Source of the DNA: Bacillota bacterium
GTDB lineage: Bacteria > Bacillota > Sulfobacillia > Fermentithermobacillales > Fermentithermobacillaceae
Length of the DNA: 64,000 nucleotides
Assembly: GCA_033809515.1 (NCBI GenBank)
Contig: JAPXLN010000001.1
Span: 158,101-222,100, forward strand
Direction: 5' to 3'
Every line of letters begins with the position of its first letter. Position 1 is the stretch's first letter. Positions 27,716 to 37,700 of this stretch are shown one piece after another. The notes beneath the pieces are model-generated. The model was not told the DNA's origin and did no database searches. It was given only the letters and a program-made list of their open reading frames with translations. The position numbers and the translations under genes are program-made.

Positions 27716-30700
27716 CTAGGCTTCTTGACCCTGGGTGAGATACGTTTCAGCCTCTACGACATTGTTTGCCAATACCCGCCGGGTATCCTCCTGCTCTTCA
27801 AGGGTACCCTGAACAAACACTACGCTCTCCATAACCAGAAACCCTCTTACCCTCTGCCATAACCGGGGAAACACGATAACCTCCACAGACCCGAAATCAT
27901 CTTCAAGGGTCACGAAGCTCATTTCCTGACCCGTCCTTGTCCGGACTCTCTTCAGCGACGTAACAGAGCCCCCAACAGTCACCTCTCCCTTATCTTGCAC
28001 AGTATCGAGATCCGCTATTGGAAGGGCGTAGAGTCTAAGCGCTTCCTTATATTTCTCCAGAGGGTGACCGCTGAGATACATGCCGAGAAGCTCCCGTTCC
28101 CACGAAAGGCGAACATCCAAAGACACTTCCTGTTCCGTCTGCTTCGCCTGCCGCCCCGAAAACGCAACGTCGCCGTCGCCGAACAAAGAGGGCTGGTTGC
28201 GGGCAAAGACCGGGCGCGCCTTCATCACCTTATCGACTTGCTCCAGGTTCCAGTATCTTGTTCCAAAACAGTCACACGCCCCGCACTGTATCAAGCTTTC
28301 AAGGGCCTTCATGGTAAGCTGCTTCCCGTCAAGTCGCGCCGCCATATCCTCCAGGGAGGAAAACAAGCCTCTGGCTGTCCTTTCAGCAACCAGGGCACGG
28401 GCAAGCCCCTGGCCTACGTTCTTTATGCCTCCAAGGCCGTATCTGATACCATCCCCCTGAACAGAAAACTCGGTGTCGCTTCTATTGACATCGGGTCTGA
28501 ACACGTCCAGACCCAACCTCCTTGCCTCCTGAAGATAGACACCTACTTTGCCCTGAATTCCCGCTACCGACGACAAAAGCGCGGCTATAAATTGGCCCGG
28601 GTAGTTAGCTTTGAGGTAAGCTGTCTGGTATGCAACAAGAGCATAGGGCGCCGCGTGGTTCTTGTTGAAACCGTAGTCTGCAAATTTCAGTATGAGGTCG
28701 TATATTCGGTGGGCTGTGTCTAAAGGCAGCCCTTTTTGGCAGGCCCCTTCGATAAACTTCTCCTCCATGGTTATGAGCAAGTCGCGTTTTTTCTTACCCA
28801 CAGCGTGCCTCAAGACATCAGCCTGGCCCATGGTAAAACCGGCCACGTGAGAGGCTATCTTGAGTATCTGTTCCTGATAGACAAGAACACCGTAAGTCTC
28901 CTTTAGCACAGGCTCAAGAACCGGATGAAGGTACTCAGGCTCTCCGAACCGGGCCCTTATGAACTCAGGAATCTGCTCCATAGGACCGGGCCTGCACAGG
29001 GCAACAGCCGCAATGATATCTTTGAACTCAGCCGGTTTGAGTTCCTTGAGAAAGTCCCTGACCCATGACGACTCAAGCTGAAACACGCCAACAGATTCGC
29101 CCCCGGCAAGCATGTGGTAAGTCTTCCTGTCATCAAGAGGGATGTTGTCAATATCCAGACTCCCACAGCCCCTGTTCACCATGTCAACGGTCTTTTGTAT
29201 CACAGTTAAGGTCCGCAGGGCCAGAAAATCCATCTTTAGCAGGCCCAGGCTTTCCAGGTCCTCCATTGGGTACTGGGTGGTAATGGCCCCCTCCCCTGTC
29301 CTGGCCAGGGGGACAGAATCCCAGAGGGGCCCCTTGCCTATGACAATGCCGGCAGCATGGACCGAAGAATGCCTGGGCATCCCCTCCAGCTCCATGGCAG
29401 CCTCCAAAAGGTCCCCGAAATCCCCTGTACGCATTTGGGAGAGTTCGGGCGTCATCTCCAGAGCCTTTTCAATGGTCATGCCCGGCTGGTATGGGATCAT
29501 CTTGGCAATCCGGTCTACGTCTCCGTAGGGAAGCCCCAGGGCTCGTCCGACATCTCGCACTGCAGCCCTGGCTGCCATAGTCCCGAAGGTAATGACCTGC
29601 GCAACCCTGTCTTTTCCGTATCTCCTGCGGACATACTCGATTACTTCGTCTCTTCTGTCATCCTGAAAATCAATGTCAATGTCCGGCATGGTTACCCGAT
29701 CTGGGTTAAGAAACCTCTCAAAAACAAGATCATTTTGGATAGGGTCTATGTTCGTGATGCCCAGAGAGTAGGCGACCAGGCTGCCTGCGGCAGATCCCCT
29801 GCCAGGCCCCACTGCAATCCCTTGGGACCTGGCGTAATTCACGAAATCTGAGACTATAAGAAAATACGATGAATACCCCATTCGCTCAATCATCTGAAGC
29901 TCATGTTCCAGTCGCTCTCTTTGCAGGCTGCCAATCTTTCCGCAGGTCCTGGCCTCAAGTCCCCGGGTAGCCAGTTCCCGCAGGAAAGAGGCGGGCGTCA
30001 GACCCGGGCCAAGGGGGTACTCGGGCAAGCGAACTTGGTTGAATTCCAGTTTGACATGGCACATATCCGCAATCCGCAGCGTATTGCTGACGGCATCAGG
30101 CAGATCATTAAACACTGCTTCCATCTCCTGAGGCGTCTTAAGGTAGAACTCATCCCCCGGAAACGTAAGCCTTCTGGGGTCCTCGAGAGTGGTGCCTGTC
30201 TGTATGGCCAGTAGAATCTCATGGTATTTGGCATCAGATCTGTCCAGGTAGTGACAGTCGTTGGTCGCCACCAGAGGAACCTTCATGCGCCGCGAAAGCT
30301 CTACAAGACCTGCGTTTATCTTCTCCTGGCCAGGAACGGCGTTTCGCTGTATCTCCAGGAACACATTTCCTTGTCCGAAGACATCTAAATACCTTCCCAG
30401 GCTCTCTGCAGCCTTCCCCGGCAAGCCGTTAGCCAGGTACCAGGGGACTTCTCCGTCCAGGCACGCCGTAAGAGCGAGAAGGCCCTTTGAGTGCTCATTG
30501 AGCACCTCCAGGTCCACCCTGGGCTTGTAGTAGAACCCTTCCAGGAAGCCCCGGGAAACGATTTTCATGAGGTTTCTGTACCCGGTATCATCTTTGGCCA
30601 GAAGGACCAGGTGGAAGGGTCTGTCAGCGGTTCCGCCCGTCCGGACATTCCGTGATTCCCTGGCCACGTAGACCTCACACCCTATGATCGGGCGGATCCC

Positions 30701-30871
30701 AACGCCTTGGCAAGCCTGGTAAAACTGAACCCCACCGTACATTGTCCCGTGGTCGGTTATGGCCAGGGAATCCATGCCTAGCTCCCGTGTGCGGGAGCAG
30801 AGATCCTTGATCTTACAGGCGCCATCCAGAAGACTCCATTCTGTGTGTACATGCAGATGCACAAAGCTCAT
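27716..30871 (-). CDS. dnaE: DNA polymerase III alpha subunit.
   Basis: PHP domain (HLHVHTEWSLLDG) followed by polymerase core motifs. Start placed at the internal Met (MSFVHLHVH). The longest ORF extends to 30991. Confidence 0.85.
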   Translation of the reverse strand: MSFVHLHVHTEWSLLDGACKIKDLCSRTRELGMDSLAITDHGTMYGGVQFYQACQGVGIRPIIGCEVYVARESRNVRTGGTADRPFHLVLLAKDDTGYRNLMKIVSRGFLEGFYYKPRVDLEVLNEHSKGLLALTACLDGEVPWYLANGLPGKAAESLGRYLDVFGQGNVFLEIQRNAVPGQEKINAGLVELSRRMKVPLVATNDCHYLDRSDAKYHEILLAIQTGTTLEDPRRLTFPGDEFYLKTPQEMEAVFNDLPDAVSNTLRIADMCHVKLEFNQVRLPEYPLGPGLTPASFLRELATRGLEARTCGKIGSLQRERLEHELQMIERMGYSSYFLIVSDFVNYARSQGIAVGPGRGSAAGSLVAYSLGITNIDPIQNDLVFERFLNPDRVTMPDIDIDFQDDRRDEVIEYVRRRYGKDRVAQVITFGTMAARAAVRDVGRALGLPYGDVDRIAKMIPYQPGMTIEKALEMTPELSQMRTGDFGDLLEAAMELEGMPRHSSVHAAGIVIGKGPLWDSVPLARTGEGAITTQYPMEDLESLGLLKMDFLALRTLTVIQKTVDMVNRGCGSLDIDNIPLDDRKTYHMLAGGESVGVFQLESSWVRDFLKELKPAEFKDIIAAVALCRPGPMEQIPEFIRARFGEPEYLHPVLEPVLKETYGVLVYQEQILKIASHVAGFTMGQADVLRHAVGKKKRDLLITMEEKFIEGACQKGLPLDTAHRIYDLILKFADYGFNKNHAAPYALVAYQTAYLKANYPGQFIAALLSSVAGIQGKVGVYLQEARRLGLDVFRPDVNRSDTEFSVQGDGIRYGLGGIKNVGQGLARALVAERTARGLFSSLEDMAARLDGKQLTMKALESLIQCGACDCFGTRYWNLEQVDKVMKARPVFARNQPSLFGDGDVAFSGRQAKQTEQEVSLDVRLSWERELLGMYLSGHPLEKYKEALRLYALPIADLDTVQDKGEVTVGGSVTSLKRVRTRTGQEMSFVTLEDDFGSVEVIVFPRLWQRVRGFLVMESVVFVQGTLEEQEDTRRVLANNVVEAETYLTQGQEA

Positions 30872-30956
30872 ACCAGATTTTGCCCCCAAGCTATACCAAT
30901 CATGACAACCTTCATGTAGAATGAAAACCAGACCACAATCAAGAAGGTGAAAGAGC

Positions 30957-31151
30957 GTGCCCTGGAAATTTTGCCCTCGATGCAAGGACATATCCTACAG
31001 TGCTGCTACCCAATACGAGTCGTGGCCATGCCCTCACTGCGGAACTAACCTCAAAACTGAGCCTGAATACGATATCCATGAAGCAAGAGCTCTGCGTGAA
31101 AGAACCGCAACAGATAAGCCACAGGAGCAGCGCGAAAAGCAGGCTCCATAG
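30957..31151 (+). CDS. Small zinc-ribbon protein (CxxC...CxxC).
   Basis: GTG start with an AAGGTGA RBS. Two CxxC pairs. 64 aa. Confidence 0.45.
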   Translation: MPWKFCPRCKDISYSAATQYESWPCPHCGTNLKTEPEYDIHEARALRERTATDKPQEQREKQAP

Positions 31152-31233
31152 GCTTTCATAGCATCGCAGCCGTAAACTATGGAAACGCACCGTCAGACGC
31201 ATTGTCAAACGCAGCCTCCTATAACCCCGTTCG

Positions 31234-31896
31234 CTATGAAGGGCCAGAGTCCTTCCTTGCGTTACGGAGATGGCAGCTGCCTGCAAGCGGGCAGCAGGAG
31301 CACCTGGGATTAGACGCTTTGCACAGCTTTCGTCCATGCTCAACCAGGAGAAGATGCAACGGAAGCTTCATGTGATCAGGAACCAGCATCTCCAGTTCCA
31401 TCTGGGCCCGAGCTGCCGAAGCCGTTTGCGAAACCAGCCCCAGCCTTCCACACACCCGGAGAACATGGGTATCAACAGGGAAAGCAGGCTGTCCTAACCC
31501 GAAAACCTGGACACAAGCGGCCGTCTTGGGACCAACACCTGTCAATGAAGTAAGATAGTCAAAGGCCTTTTCGGGCGTGACCGACCGAAGAGGCTCGAGG
31601 GAAAGCTCGCCAAAATCCCTCTTTATCGTCGCAAAAGCTGCACGAATTGACCGCGTCTTCTGGCGCTGAAGGCCGCATACGGATATTTCCTTTTCAATCT
31701 CAGACTCCTTGCTGCATAACAGGTCTTCCCATGACGTATACCGCTTTTTGAGATTCTGAAAAGCTCGCAGGCTGAGATTGTCGCCGGTGTTTTGAGACAA
31801 GATGGTTGCGATCAATACTTCCAAAGGATTTCCCCCAAGGGGCTCCAGGAGCTGTGAGCGAACCGAAGGATAGATTCGTTCAAGAGCTTTCATCAC
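31234..31896 (-). CDS. nth: Endonuclease III (HhH-GPD family with a 4Fe-4S loop).
   Basis: HhH-GPD region (GVGPKTAACV) and the C-terminal C-x6-C-x2-C-x5-C cluster. Confidence 0.85.
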   Translation of the reverse strand: MMKALERIYPSVRSQLLEPLGGNPLEVLIATILSQNTGDNLSLRAFQNLKKRYTSWEDLLCSKESEIEKEISVCGLQRQKTRSIRAAFATIKRDFGELSLEPLRSVTPEKAFDYLTSLTGVGPKTAACVQVFGLGQPAFPVDTHVLRVCGRLGLVSQTASAARAQMELEMLVPDHMKLPLHLLLVEHGRKLCKASNPRCSCCPLAGSCHLRNARKDSGPS

Positions 31897-31918
31897 ATCG
31901 ATGAGCTGTATGGCATGG

Positions 31919-33358
31919 TCACCTCAATCTCTCCACTGCAGCCTTAAACGCCCTTCCTCGCTCCTCAAAGTTGGGGAACATATCGAAACTGGCACACGCA
32001 GGGGAAAGAGCTACTGAGAAACCCGGCTGCGCCTCTGCTGTTGCTATGGATACGGCATCCTCCAGGGAAACAGCTCTCGTCAGATCCGGACGGCGCCCCC
32101 GGCGGCATTCGGCCCAAGCTCTTCCTATGGCTTCTTCTATCTTTTTTGCCGTGCTGCCCAGGGTAACTACAACACAGCCTCTAGAGACAATCTCGCGAGC
32201 CAAGTCGTCAAAGGGCAGCCCCTTGTCGTAGCCCCCGAGAATAAGGACCAGAGGGCCTTGCACCGCATCCATCAGGGCAAGCGTACGATCGGGCGAGGTG
32301 GCAATAGAATCGTTGTAGAAATTGACCCCTCTCAAAGTCCTAACCAGCTCTATTCTGTGTTCAACGCCTCTAAAAGCTTTGACGGCCCGCCTGATGCCTT
32401 CAGGAGTAGCGCCTGCAAGACCTGCCACAAGAGCGGCCCCTAGCACGTTGGAGACGTTATGTAAGCCAGGCACCTGAAAATCAGACCTTGAGGCCACCGC
32501 TGCAAGGTCTGGCCACACAGCGCTTACCACCAGATCCTCACCGTCAAGCCAGGCTCCTACCCCTTCTGGGTACCGGGCAAGAGCCTGGCTTACAGCTTCT
32601 GCGTCAAGGGAAAAAAAGCCGACTCGGCCAGGGCATTGAGGTGCGAATCCCCTGGTCTTGGGATCATCCAGGTTAAGGATACACCGATCATGTTGCCCTT
32701 GAAACCGGAATATGCGCTTCTTGGCAGCCACGTAATCTTCAAAAGTCTCGTGCACATCCAGATGATTGGGCCTTACGTTCAGAACCAGCGCTATAGAGGG
32801 GCTCACCGTGGCAAGCTCCAACTGAAAGCTAGAAAGCTCCAGGACCACTATGGCATCCTCTTCAATCTCATCTACATTCTCTATAAGGACCGACCCGATA
32901 TTGCCGCCGACATACACAGGACGGTCCAAAAAACTCTCTTTCAGCATCATGCCGAGCACGGTAGTCGCAGTGGTCTTGCCGGCGCTTCCGGTCACGCCAA
33001 CTACCTTGCCCCTGCATCTTCGCATGAGAAGGTCTGTCTCACAGGATACGACGGCACCGTTTGCCCTGGCCCGGGCAATCTCAGGAAGGTTTTTCTTCAT
33101 GCCGGGCGTAAGGAATATCTCCTTGTACTCAGGCAATGAACAGAGGTACCCCGGCCCAAGGCTCCACGAGACTCCCAGGGCACTGAGTTCCTCAAAGGTC
33201 TGCCCCAACTCATCCCGACTCTTTCGGTCGAAGCAACTTACTCGGGCTCCTTTTTTTGCCAGGTACCTACAAAGAGCTTTGTTGGATTTCCCCACACCCA
33301 CTACCGCCACACGGCGGCCCTGAAAACTGCCTGAGCCAATGCCTGTCGTATCACTCAC
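31919..33358 (-). CDS. murD: UDP-N-acetylmuramoyl-L-alanine--D-glutamate ligase.
   Basis: N-terminal VGVGKSN Rossmann motif and GVTGSAGKTT P-loop. 479 aa. Confidence 0.8.
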   Translation of the reverse strand: MSDTTGIGSGSFQGRRVAVVGVGKSNKALCRYLAKKGARVSCFDRKSRDELGQTFEELSALGVSWSLGPGYLCSLPEYKEIFLTPGMKKNLPEIARARANGAVVSCETDLLMRRCRGKVVGVTGSAGKTTATTVLGMMLKESFLDRPVYVGGNIGSVLIENVDEIEEDAIVVLELSSFQLELATVSPSIALVLNVRPNHLDVHETFEDYVAAKKRIFRFQGQHDRCILNLDDPKTRGFAPQCPGRVGFFSLDAEAVSQALARYPEGVGAWLDGEDLVVSAVWPDLAAVASRSDFQVPGLHNVSNVLGAALVAGLAGATPEGIRRAVKAFRGVEHRIELVRTLRGVNFYNDSIATSPDRTLALMDAVQGPLVLILGGYDKGLPFDDLAREIVSRGCVVVTLGSTAKKIEEAIGRAWAECRRGRRPDLTRAVSLEDAVSIATAEAQPGFSVALSPACASFDMFPNFEERGRAFKAAVERLR

Positions 33359-33377
33359 TCCCTCCTATGCAATGCTG

Positions 33378-34568
33378 CTACTCTAGGGTCTCCAGCAGCT
33401 TGCCAAGACGGTTCAGCCCCTCTTCTATCTTGGCCATTGAGGTGGCGTAGGAGAATCTGAGGTTGCCGGCCGTACCGAACCCTGCTCCCGGCACCACAGC
33501 TATCCGGCCGTCGTCAAGAAGAATGTCTGCCAGATCAACGTCACTGGATATGACCTTGCCCGCCAGTTTCTTTCCAAACAGACCTGTGACGTCAGGGTAG
33601 ACGTAGAACGCGCCGGGCGGAGTCAGGCACTTGAACCCGGGCATCTCGTTAAGGCGCTTTACCATATAGTCGCGCCTCTTCTTGAACTCAAGGCGCATGG
33701 CCTCCAGGGGTTCCTGAGGTCCGGTAAGCCCGGCTACGGCAGCTTTTTGCGAAATCGACGTTGGGTTAGATGTGGAATGGCTCTGCACGTTAGACATGGC
33801 GGATATGACATCCTGGGGGCCTGCGGCGTACCCAATGCGCCAGCCTGTCATGGCATAGGCCTTTGATACACCGTTGACTGTGACGGTTATATCTTTGGCC
33901 TCCGGCCCCAGAGCTGCAAAGGACACGTGCTCGCCTTCATAGATAAGCTTCTCGTATATCTCGTCCGACACTACAGCGATGTCATGCTTTAAGCATACCT
34001 CAGCTATCCCTTCAAGCTCCCGGCGAGTGTAGACAGCGCCTGTAGGGTTTGACGGTGTATTGAGAATGAGAAGTGACGTCTTGGGCGTAACTGCGTTTTC
34101 CAGGGCCTTTGGGGTAATCTTGAACCCAGACTCAATGCCCCCGGGCACGACAACAGGGTTTCCTCCGGCAAACCGAACCATCTCCGGGTAGCTCACCCAG
34201 TAAGGCGCCGGTATGAGAACATCGTCTCCCTGGTCACACAAAGCTACAACAGCGTTAAAAATAGAGTGTTTGGCCCCGGCCGATACAAGGACCTCTTTCG
34301 GGGTGTAGTCAAGACCATTGTCTCGCCGGAACTTGTCACATACTGCCTCTTTCAGCTCAGGGATCCCTGATGACGGCGTATACTTGGTAAACCCTGATTG
34401 GATAGCTTCTTTGCCTGCTTCCTTGATGTGGGCCGGTGTGTCAAAATCAGGCTCACCGACACCAAAACTGACAATGTCTACACCGGCTCGCTGAAGACTC
34501 TTGGTTTTGGCATCCAGTGCCAAAGTCGGTGATTGCCTTATGGATCTGGCGCGAAACGACAACCTCAT
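33378..34568 (-). CDS. Class I PLP-dependent aminotransferase (aspartate aminotransferase-like).
   Basis: SKAYAMTGWRIGY lysine region. 396 aa. Confidence 0.85.
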   Translation of the reverse strand: MRLSFRARSIRQSPTLALDAKTKSLQRAGVDIVSFGVGEPDFDTPAHIKEAGKEAIQSGFTKYTPSSGIPELKEAVCDKFRRDNGLDYTPKEVLVSAGAKHSIFNAVVALCDQGDDVLIPAPYWVSYPEMVRFAGGNPVVVPGGIESGFKITPKALENAVTPKTSLLILNTPSNPTGAVYTRRELEGIAEVCLKHDIAVVSDEIYEKLIYEGEHVSFAALGPEAKDITVTVNGVSKAYAMTGWRIGYAAGPQDVISAMSNVQSHSTSNPTSISQKAAVAGLTGPQEPLEAMRLEFKKRRDYMVKRLNEMPGFKCLTPPGAFYVYPDVTGLFGKKLAGKVISSDVDLADILLDDGRIAVVPGAGFGTAGNLRFSYATSMAKIEEGLNRLGKLLETLE

Positions 34569-34738
34569 ATGTAACCCTCCATAGAATATAGATGGTAGAA
34601 TTAATATAGCCTATATATCGGCTCTGTGGCGAATCTTCTCCGAGTCACCAGGTGAGGTTTCTTGAAGCGGTCGAACAAAACCTTCTTTTTGAGTCACCAA
34701 TATCATACTTGAGGGTCTAGGGAAACCCAGGTGAGGCA

Positions 34739-34954
34739 ATGAAGCGAAACCGGTCCTACATGGGATTCGTATCCATACTAGGGTTTGGCCTGTTGGTGAC
34801 AACATCAGCCCTTGTGGGCCTGTACGTTGGCACCCTTCTTGACAGACGCTCGGGAAAAACCATTTTTGCCCCCTTGTTCCTTTTGGCCGGCTTACTGGCA
34901 GGATTCCACCGTGCCTACATAAGCATTAAATCCGTTCTCAACAAGGACAGATAG
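34739..34954 (+). CDS. Small two-helix membrane protein, possibly AtpZ/AtpI-like.
   Basis: 71 aa with two hydrophobic helices. There is no adjacent atp operon, so the assignment is weak. Confidence 0.35.
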   Translation: MKRNRSYMGFVSILGFGLLVTTSALVGLYVGTLLDRRSGKTIFAPLFLLAGLLAGFHRAYISIKSVLNKDR

Positions 34955-35041
34955 CACCTCAAAGGGAATAGCTTAATCTTTGTAGAATGTAGCCGTAAAT
35001 CGCGCCTGCGGCTTTTCCCAGGATATTGGAGGGATAGTACC

Positions 35042-37615
35042 TTGATCTTGACCGGATCCCTGTCACGGTTCAGGAAGGCACGGACCTGTGTCCCTGGCTC
35101 CTACCGGAAACTGGGCGCTCTTGCCCTAATTGCAGCTACGATTCTGATGTTAGGAACAATCCTGGTGCCGTCCAAAACCGTTCGGGTCCTGGCCGCTCAA
35201 GCAGAAGACTTTCCGACCCCGAGTCAACTGGCCAGCGAAATAAGAAGCAAGTTTCCTGACAGGAAGACAGGAACGCCCGCATGCAGGGATTTCCTTCAGT
35301 CAGCCTCTTTATTCCTGCGGGAATACGGGTGGTTTACAGACGGGATGAGCTACTCTGTTATGATGAGATCTCAGGATCATAAAGGAACCGACATCACCTT
35401 CATGAAGGTTTCCGGAGACAACCTTCTTGCCACAAGGGTTCCGGCAGCTTCCATAGAAATCATTGACTTGCTGGTGGTCGCTCCCTACGATACTCTTTTT
35501 GCCGAAAACCCTCATGAAGGCATTTACCCTTCCCATACTTGTGGTGCAGCCGGCATCCTGCTAGCGCTGGCCGGACAGCCAAATGGGGCCAAAGACGGCA
35601 TAGCGCTGGCCTTAGTCTCAGGCCATCACCAGTATGGGGCAGGCATTGAGAGCCTCCTTTACGACCTTGTTAGCAGGCGAGGCATACGAATCAACGCTGC
35701 CATGGTCATAGGAGATGTTTGGACAACCCACGGCGTAGCGCTGGTGCCAAACGGAAACCCTCCTGCCGGCATGGTTGCTCAGGTCTATAATGCATGCCGC
35801 CAGGCGGGCCTGTCGGTCTTTCTGGCCGGGGAAAAGTGGCGGAGTGCATGGTACCTGGAAAGCACCAGGCCGCCTGTGACCTACCCTATTCCACAAGCCT
35901 TTCTGGACAAAGGAGATTTCCTGGGTGAAGGCGAGTCCATAGCTAAGGTAGGCATACCGACCGTTACCGTCGGGCTTCCGAGATCATACCGGCCGTTCCC
36001 CTCCCAGGACAGGGTCGTCGAGACCAAAACCGCAGGGATCGCCCAAGCTTTTGATCTGCTCCTTGCTCCGTCTTCGTTGGACCAGAGCCTGACCTGTGAC
36101 GGCCCGGGCGCCCTCGATATGGTGCTTGTCCCTTTCATGGGCAAGCTTCTGATTGTCCCAGCCGTCTCGGCCAGAACAGCCGCTGCCGTTGTATTTGGTG
36201 TCGGCCTTTTGGTACTGTTTTTCTGCCGGGATATCCTTCAGGAACTTGGCAGGCTAGCTCTGCTCGCCGGTGCCTTTCTCGCCTGCCTCCTGGCACACAT
36301 GATAAGAGCTCTTTGCCTGGCAATCGGAAACACCCGGTACCCCTCCTTAGCTTACCCGGGCAGATCCATCATGCTATATGTCTTGTTGGTCGCCCTCCTT
36401 ATTCTGCTGGGGTTTTTGCGGATCTGGAGCGTAAGAACACGGATATACAATTTGCACACAGGCGCCGAAACAGCGGTAACTGCAGCGCCCCGGGGGGCAA
36501 GCGGCAAAGAGCACTTTGCCCTTGGGAATGCCTGGGGGCTGGCGGTAATGACCGCTGTTCTTGCAGGGTTGACTATAGCCGGCCCGCAGCTGGCTCCGTT
36601 TGCATGTGTTTCGGTCCTGGCTTTGTGCATAGGCCTTGTCCTTGAGGCTCACCAGAGGACCCTGGGCAAGCTTTCAACCGGCGTACTGTGGCTGGAAAGA
36701 GTTCTGGGGTTGGTGCCCGCAGTCATGTTTTTCACCTGGGCGGGGCTTCCCTGGAATCCGGACTCACAAGCTGCCTACCTGAGCACATGGCAGCGGCTGA
36801 GCCCTGAAAACATGTCTCTTACCCTGGCCTTTGCCGTTTCAATATGCTGTTTCCTCTCTACACTGAAGTTTCCCCGGCCTCTCCCCAAATCTAGGCAGGG
36901 TGTACTACGTATGTCAGAGGTCATGGCGCTGGCATGTCTGCTATGTGCATGTGGTTTTTTTCCAAAGTCCCTTCCGGCTAACGTACCGGTCAGCGCTCTT
37001 GTGCAGGAATTTGCCGGCAGCGATACTCAAGTGACCGTCACTGCCATGCGCCCCCTGGGAAACCTCGCCCTGGAGGTTCAGCCTTCGCCCTCAAGCAGCG
37101 AGAGCGCCAGGAACGTTCAGGACCGAACCGGTTCGGTATCCCTGAGACTGCCCGGTGTCAACACAACTAAGCTAACAAGCCTGTCCCACTCCCTATCTTT
37201 GAAGGAAGACCGTAACACTTCAAAGAGCGAAGTTCTTGAGGCCAGGGTCCAGGCAAGTTTCCCGCAATTGCCTACCTTCTATGTCCTGAGTCTGAAAGAC
37301 TCGCCATACGGACGAGGAACTCAGTCTCCCTTCATGCTGGAAGACGTAACCCAGATTCTCGGAGAAACCGAAATGCCATCTGAAGACAGCTTCGGGATTG
37401 TGCCCAAACCAGGCTATTCCTTAAGAGTGGTATGGTGGCAGCCTGCAGAAGAAGACATGGTCACCCTGTTTAGTTTCAGAAGCGGCCTGGGGTCCAGGGC
37501 AGTCATTACCTCTCAGGCAGTCTACCTTGACAATCCAATGGTTGATCTTTCTTTGGAGGCTGAGAATGCTGCCTTCTTCCGGGCATCGATGGTAACTGCC
37601 CAATCCTCGAGGTAG
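35042..37615 (+). CDS. Large (857 aa) polytopic membrane protein of unknown function. The N-terminal extracytoplasmic domain has weak M28-peptidase-like features.
   Basis: At least 8 predicted TM helices in the C-terminal half. The N-terminal domain follows a signal-anchor. No confident family assignment. Confidence 0.6.
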   Translation: MILTGSLSRFRKARTCVPGSYRKLGALALIAATILMLGTILVPSKTVRVLAAQAEDFPTPSQLASEIRSKFPDRKTGTPACRDFLQSASLFLREYGWFTDGMSYSVMMRSQDHKGTDITFMKVSGDNLLATRVPAASIEIIDLLVVAPYDTLFAENPHEGIYPSHTCGAAGILLALAGQPNGAKDGIALALVSGHHQYGAGIESLLYDLVSRRGIRINAAMVIGDVWTTHGVALVPNGNPPAGMVAQVYNACRQAGLSVFLAGEKWRSAWYLESTRPPVTYPIPQAFLDKGDFLGEGESIAKVGIPTVTVGLPRSYRPFPSQDRVVETKTAGIAQAFDLLLAPSSLDQSLTCDGPGALDMVLVPFMGKLLIVPAVSARTAAAVVFGVGLLVLFFCRDILQELGRLALLAGAFLACLLAHMIRALCLAIGNTRYPSLAYPGRSIMLYVLLVALLILLGFLRIWSVRTRIYNLHTGAETAVTAAPRGASGKEHFALGNAWGLAVMTAVLAGLTIAGPQLAPFACVSVLALCIGLVLEAHQRTLGKLSTGVLWLERVLGLVPAVMFFTWAGLPWNPDSQAAYLSTWQRLSPENMSLTLAFAVSICCFLSTLKFPRPLPKSRQGVLRMSEVMALACLLCACGFFPKSLPANVPVSALVQEFAGSDTQVTVTAMRPLGNLALEVQPSPSSSESARNVQDRTGSVSLRLPGVNTTKLTSLSHSLSLKEDRNTSKSEVLEARVQASFPQLPTFYVLSLKDSPYGRGTQSPFMLEDVTQILGETEMPSEDSFGIVPKPGYSLRVVWWQPAEEDMVTLFSFRSGLGSRAVITSQAVYLDNPMVDLSLEAENAAFFRASMVTAQSSR

Positions 37616-37700
37616 ATAAACGGAGGACAGAATCCCTGTCCTCCGTCTAGACTTACCTTAATGGATTTGCCGGATCCGCTCCGTCTTGTCCTGGTCTCTT

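Noticed and set aside
27995-29851. Several long plus-strand ORFs (242, 126, 164 and 128 aa) within dnaE.
   Set aside because: They are antisense to dnaE, a GC-rich gene that yields long spurious ORFs, and show no motifs.
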